From contig JAJOJK010000002.1 of NCBI GenBank assembly GCA_021208605.1, positions 103,851 through 167,850 on the forward strand: 64,000 nt of DNA, written 5' to 3'. The notes under the pieces were generated by a model. That model searched no databases, was not told where the DNA came from, and saw only the letters and a program-made list of their open reading frames with translations. This stretch comes from Candidatus Woesebacteria bacterium (GTDB taxonomy: Bacteria > Patescibacteriota > Microgenomatia > UBA1400 > UBA1396). Position 1 is the stretch's first letter; each line of letters opens with the position of its first letter. Both the position numbers and the translations under genes were made by a program. This document shows positions 60,341-64,000 of the stretch, in pieces.

Positions 60341-61835
60341 ACTGGCTATTCTCCGCAAACAATTGTTGTCGTACCCACATCCGGACCGGGCCTATGTTCG
60401 GATACGTTATGGCGCCGATTTCTTCATAGCCCCATTCAGAAAGTACAAACTCTATTTTTCGATCTGGATCCGTTAAATCACGCAGATAATCAAACACCAA
60501 AACGTATTCGTAATTCTGCACGCCCATGAGTGTCTCTTCCACTTCCGCATAACTGGCTGGAGGCACAGTACCAGTATTGTACGTCTGCCAACCCTCAGTG
60601 GCGTACCAACGCCAGGAGGCGAATGGTCCATCAAAGCCAAAAACTACCGCGGTATTCTGCGCACTAAAGGAATGCTCGACTTCTTGCACCAAGGCGCGCC
60701 AATTTTCTCGTTGTAAGACCGGTTGCGTCCAGTAACTCCAATTCGCCCACGCTTGCCAAGCAACAAACCAACTCACCAATGCCAATCCTACCCAGCGCCG
60801 ATACTGAACGACCACGCCCACCAGAGCCAAAATAAGCGGTAAAAGATAGAGCACTCGTTTCGGGGCCAAAACTGGAGTCAGCAGCGTAAAAAGCCACGCA
60901 GCGCCAAAGGCAATACTTGTGAGGAAAAGAGTCTGCAGGAGAAAATTACGCGACAGGCCTGGTTTCTTTTGCAATGATGCCAACGCAGCCAGAACTCCGA
61001 CACCCAGCAGCACCCACCACAAACCAACGCTCACCACGAACCACAGGGAAATATCCACTTCTAAAACACCGGTGACAAACTTGGCCAAAGTGAGAGGTAC
61101 AGCCTTCAAAAATGGGACACTCACCACTTCTGCCCATCCCGGCAAAGAAGCACGCAGCGTCTGTCCGACTCGCCACTGTTCCCAAAAACCCGGTAACCAC
61201 ACCATAAAGAACACACTCGAAACCAAAAATGACTGCGTCACGCGCCACCACTTACGAGGATAAAAAGTGACCGTCATCGCCCACTGGGCCATCCACCAAA
61301 ATATGAAAACGTATGAACTCAAAAAACCAAGGGCATTACTCAGTGTCAAAAAAATCAGCCACCGTTGACGCTTCTTTCCTTCTGCCGCTTGGAGCCATTC
61401 ATATACGCTATACCAACTGAGGGCGGCAAAAAAAACGCCCCACATATACGGACGTAACTCCTGAGAGAAAAAAAGGTGCAAATTTGATACAGCCAACAAA
61501 CTCCCAGTCACCACTGCAGCCTTTTGACTGACTTGCTTCCGCAGTAAGAGCATCACAAAAGCGATCGATCCAATTCCCGGAACGACCGATGCCAAGCGCA
61601 ACCACCATTCGGCATGAGAAACATACTGCAAAGCATGCACTACCAAATGGAAAAACGGCGGCTGGAAATCCTCAGCTAACACAAACTGCTGCCACCATGG
61701 CCGTGCGCTCTCGATAGCTTGCGCGGCTTCATCGAGCCAGAATGATCCATTCAAAAAAGGCACTCGCAGTAAAACTGCCAAAATGAGCACAAGCGTAAAC
61801 TGAAACCACCATTGCTTGTATCGAGCTGTTTTCAT
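60333..61835 (-). CDS. GT-C membrane glycosyltransferase (ArnT/PMT-like)
   Basis: DE motif (FWLDEAAQAI) after the first TM; 500 aa, polytopic. Confidence 0.6.
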   Translation of the reverse strand: MKTARYKQWWFQFTLVLILAVLLRVPFLNGSFWLDEAAQAIESARPWWQQFVLAEDFQPPFFHLVVHALQYVSHAEWWLRLASVVPGIGSIAFVMLLLRKQVSQKAAVVTGSLLAVSNLHLFFSQELRPYMWGVFFAALSWYSVYEWLQAAEGKKRQRWLIFLTLSNALGFLSSYVFIFWWMAQWAMTVTFYPRKWWRVTQSFLVSSVFFMVWLPGFWEQWRVGQTLRASLPGWAEVVSVPFLKAVPLTLAKFVTGVLEVDISLWFVVSVGLWWVLLGVGVLAALASLQKKPGLSRNFLLQTLFLTSIAFGAAWLFTLLTPVLAPKRVLYLLPLILALVGVVVQYRRWVGLALVSWFVAWQAWANWSYWTQPVLQRENWRALVQEVEHSFSAQNTAVVFGFDGPFASWRWYATEGWQTYNTGTVPPASYAEVEETLMGVQNYEYVLVFDYLRDLTDPDRKIEFVLSEWGYEEIGAITYPNIGPVRMWVRQQLFAENSQYE

Positions 61836-62821
61836 GACGGGTTGATACGTTTTTTGAAGTACTCAATGGTGGGAATGAGACCCTGCTCAAGGGTAACCCG
61901 AGGTTGCCAGTTCAGCAAGGCATGTGCCTTGGAAATATCGGGCTGACGGCGACGCGGGTCATCTGCTGGCAGTGGCTCAAAATTTCGCTGCAACTCAGTA
62001 CCCAGAACCGCTTCAATTTTGTCGGCCAGCTCCAGCATCGTGAATTCATCGGGATTCCCCAAGTTAATGGTTTCTCCGGCGAGATCATCATCAGCTACAA
62101 AGGTCAAAATGCCAGCGACGAGGTCTTCAACATAACAAAAAGAACGCGTCTGCAAACCATCACCAAAAATATTGATCGGCTCTCCGCGCAACGCTCGTAA
62201 ACAAAAATCCGGAATAACACGACCATCGAAGGGATCCATATGCGGCCCATAGGTGTTAAAAATGCGAATCAAGCGTGTGTCGGCACCAAAATCACGGTGC
62301 CAGACTCCACAGATGGTCTCACCGAGACGTTTTGATTCGTCATAGCAAGAGCGAACGCCGTTGGGATTGACGTTGCCCCAATACGTCTCTTTTTGAGGAT
62401 GTTTAAGTGGATCACCATACACTTCAGAAGTCGACGCAAACAGCATGCGCGCTCCGTGCTTAGCAGCGTATTGCGCTAGTTGGTGCGTAGTTTGGCTGTT
62501 CACTAAGTATGTCAGCACGGGTTCCGCCTGGTAGCGTGGCGGACTGGCTGGAGAGGCCATGTGCAAAATGAGCGTCCATGGTTCGATCGCCGCCGACAAA
62601 AACTCTTCCATCCAGATGAAATCAGTAGCATCGTGCTCCACAATGTGCACTTGCGCATCATCGAGCCAAGGGAGAACGTTATCGCGATTTCCGGTGATGT
62701 AGTTATCTACAATAGTAATGTGTGCTTCGGGATACTGCTGACGAATAGCAGCCACCAAGTGTGAACCGATAAACCCCGCTCCGCCCGTCAATAAAATTCG
62801 CTCAAAAACAGTGCTCTTCAT
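61832..62821 (-). CDS. UDP-glucuronate decarboxylase (UDP-xylose synthase, UXS-like SDR)
   Basis: ILLTGGAGFIGSH and YDESK (YxxxK); overall UXS/ArnA-decarboxylase-like sequence. Confidence 0.75.
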   Translation of the reverse strand: MKSTVFERILLTGGAGFIGSHLVAAIRQQYPEAHITIVDNYITGNRDNVLPWLDDAQVHIVEHDATDFIWMEEFLSAAIEPWTLILHMASPASPPRYQAEPVLTYLVNSQTTHQLAQYAAKHGARMLFASTSEVYGDPLKHPQKETYWGNVNPNGVRSCYDESKRLGETICGVWHRDFGADTRLIRIFNTYGPHMDPFDGRVIPDFCLRALRGEPINIFGDGLQTRSFCYVEDLVAGILTFVADDDLAGETINLGNPDEFTMLELADKIEAVLGTELQRNFEPLPADDPRRRQPDISKAHALLNWQPRVTLEQGLIPTIEYFKKRINPS

Positions 62822-62892
62822 GCGGTCATCATACCAGAGGATCAGGTACAATAGAAACATTCAAACAAGAGGTACAAAAATAGAAGGAACCT

Positions 62893-63339
62893 ATGACCCC
62901 AGTCCAACGACTCACCGAAGACATGAAGAATGCCATGCGGAACAAAGACAAAGAAGCCCTCGATGCTATTCGTTTCTTGCTCTCCCAAGTGAAAAATGCG
63001 GAAATCGATAAACCAAATCGGGAAGCCCTCACAGAAGAAGAGTTCACTAAAGTGGTGCGTAAACTCGTTAAAAATGCTGAAGAAGCTATTCAACAGTACC
63101 GCGATGGTGATCGTCCAGATCTGGCTGAAGAAGAAGAGCGTAAAGTCACACTCTGGGAAAACTACTTGCCTCAACAAATGTCAGATGAAGAAGTGGCGAC
63201 TATTGTCGACGATGTTCTTGCCAATAATCCTGACCAAACACAAATGGGTCCCATCATCGGACAAGTCATGGCTCGCACCCAGGGTCGCACAGACGGTGGA
63301 ACCGTATCTCGTATTGTCAAAGAAAAATTGTCGGCGTAA
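62893..63339 (+). CDS. GatB/YqeY domain protein
   Basis: 148 aa; LTEDMKNAMRNKDKEALDAIRFLLSQVKN is the typical YqeY N-terminus. Confidence 0.75.
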   Translation: MTPVQRLTEDMKNAMRNKDKEALDAIRFLLSQVKNAEIDKPNREALTEEEFTKVVRKLVKNAEEAIQQYRDGDRPDLAEEEERKVTLWENYLPQQMSDEEVATIVDDVLANNPDQTQMGPIIGQVMARTQGRTDGGTVSRIVKEKLSA

Positions 63340-64000
63340 TTACTCGGTCGTCGCCACTTCTGGTGACACTTGCAGTAAGGCACCAAACCCATTGGCTTCG
63401 AGTTCTGGACTGATCACGATACGGGGAATCGCCGCGCGCGAATACTCCAACAGTGGAATGCCGAGACCTTCAGCACGAGACAAGAAAAGACCTCTCTCAG
63501 CTTGAAATAAGTACGCCCATTTTTCGGAGTCGGAAATCTCGCCGGTAAACTGAACTCTCCTGGCAATGCCAAGCCGAACGGTATACCACCACAGTTTGAT
63601 TCGGTCTTTTCGACCAAGCTTACAAATCACTACCAACCGGTGCGATTGCGGACACGACTCAGCAAAATACGCCAGCGTACCGCGCAAATTCTTGCGCCAT
63701 TCTCCGCCGGAAATACTCACGACTAATGGACGTGCACTCGGAGAGAGTCGCACGGGAACATCTTTCGGAACTTCTATCCAGTCAGTGCGCAAACCAAATT
63801 CCAGAGTGGTAATGCGTTCTTTGGGCACCTGGAGCAAACTGATCACTTGTTGACGAACATGCGGCGAAATAGCGTGCAACTGCAGATGCGGCAACCACTG
63901 CAGACGTTCTCGGTATACTTGCTGATCCCCGTCTGGCCAAGTTTGCAAGATGGTTTTGGGATGCTCAAGCGGAAGCAGATCAAATACGATCGCATGAATC
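63340..64000 (-). CDS. Glycosyltransferase family 4, C-terminal part; gene start assumed to lie beyond the window end
   Basis: EX7E-like FLSRAEGLGIPLLEY. Minus-strand frame assumed open to the edge (not scanned codon by codon). Confidence 0.6.
   Translation of the reverse strand, partial: IHAIVFDLLPLEHPKTILQTWPDGDQQVYRERLQWLPHLQLHAISPHVRQQVISLLQVPKERITTLEFGLRTDWIEVPKDVPVRLSPSARPLVVSISGGEWRKNLRGTLAYFAESCPQSHRLVVICKLGRKDRIKLWWYTVRLGIARRVQFTGEISDSEKWAYLFQAERGLFLSRAEGLGIPLLEYSRAAIPRIVISPELEANGFGALLQVSPEVATTE

Noticed and set aside
1-64000. rRNA genes, riboswitches, or large repeat families
   Set aside because: No extended non-coding stretches with rRNA-like composition were seen. Intergenic regions are short (mostly under 150 nt), and none matched a riboswitch consensus I could recognise by eye.

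Overview
This 64-kb window is a bacterial chromosomal segment of roughly 50% GC, running minus-strand for most of its length. It carries peptidoglycan and divisome genes (mraZ, rsmH, ftsL, ftsI, murE, murC, murB, murA) and a ruvC-ruvA-ruvB operon. It also carries hisS, a partial tyrS, map, hpt, a Zur-like repressor divergent from a ZIP zinc transporter, three tRNAs (Pro-TGG, Leu-TAA, Gly-TCC), and an unusually dense set of glycosylation genes. Those include at least seven large GT-C-type integral-membrane glycosyltransferases, a Dpm1-like polyprenyl-phosphate sugar synthase (GT2), several GT4 enzymes, GalE-like, GME-like and UXS-like epimerases/decarboxylases, and a hexapeptide acetyltransferase. 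Other notable content: (i) a ~5.6-kb AT-rich island directly 3' of tRNA-Pro, bounded by a large serine recombinase, carrying a Hanks-like kinase-fold protein and ORFans; (ii) a sucC-like/sucD-like/citrate-synthase-like gene trio that looks like a citryl-CoA synthetase plus citryl-CoA lyase (two-step citrate cleavage) module, translationally coupled to a sugar-1-phosphate nucleotidyltransferase; (iii) a eukaryotic-like Ser/Thr kinase and a ~900-aa coiled-coil protein with an HDIGK motif inserted inside the division/cell-wall cluster. A cross-cutting observation: at least seven genes (recQ, ruvB, yvcK-like, the 900-aa protein, a GT-C paralog, and two hypothetical genes) are split by single-nucleotide frame changes. 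Six of these sit at A/T or G/C homopolymer runs. This most likely reflects homopolymer indel errors in the assembly rather than gene decay, and it also undermines an otherwise attractive A_AAA_AAG -1 frameshift candidate at 10897-10903. No rRNA genes or CRISPR arrays were seen. All functional calls rest on motif recognition by eye, with no database search.
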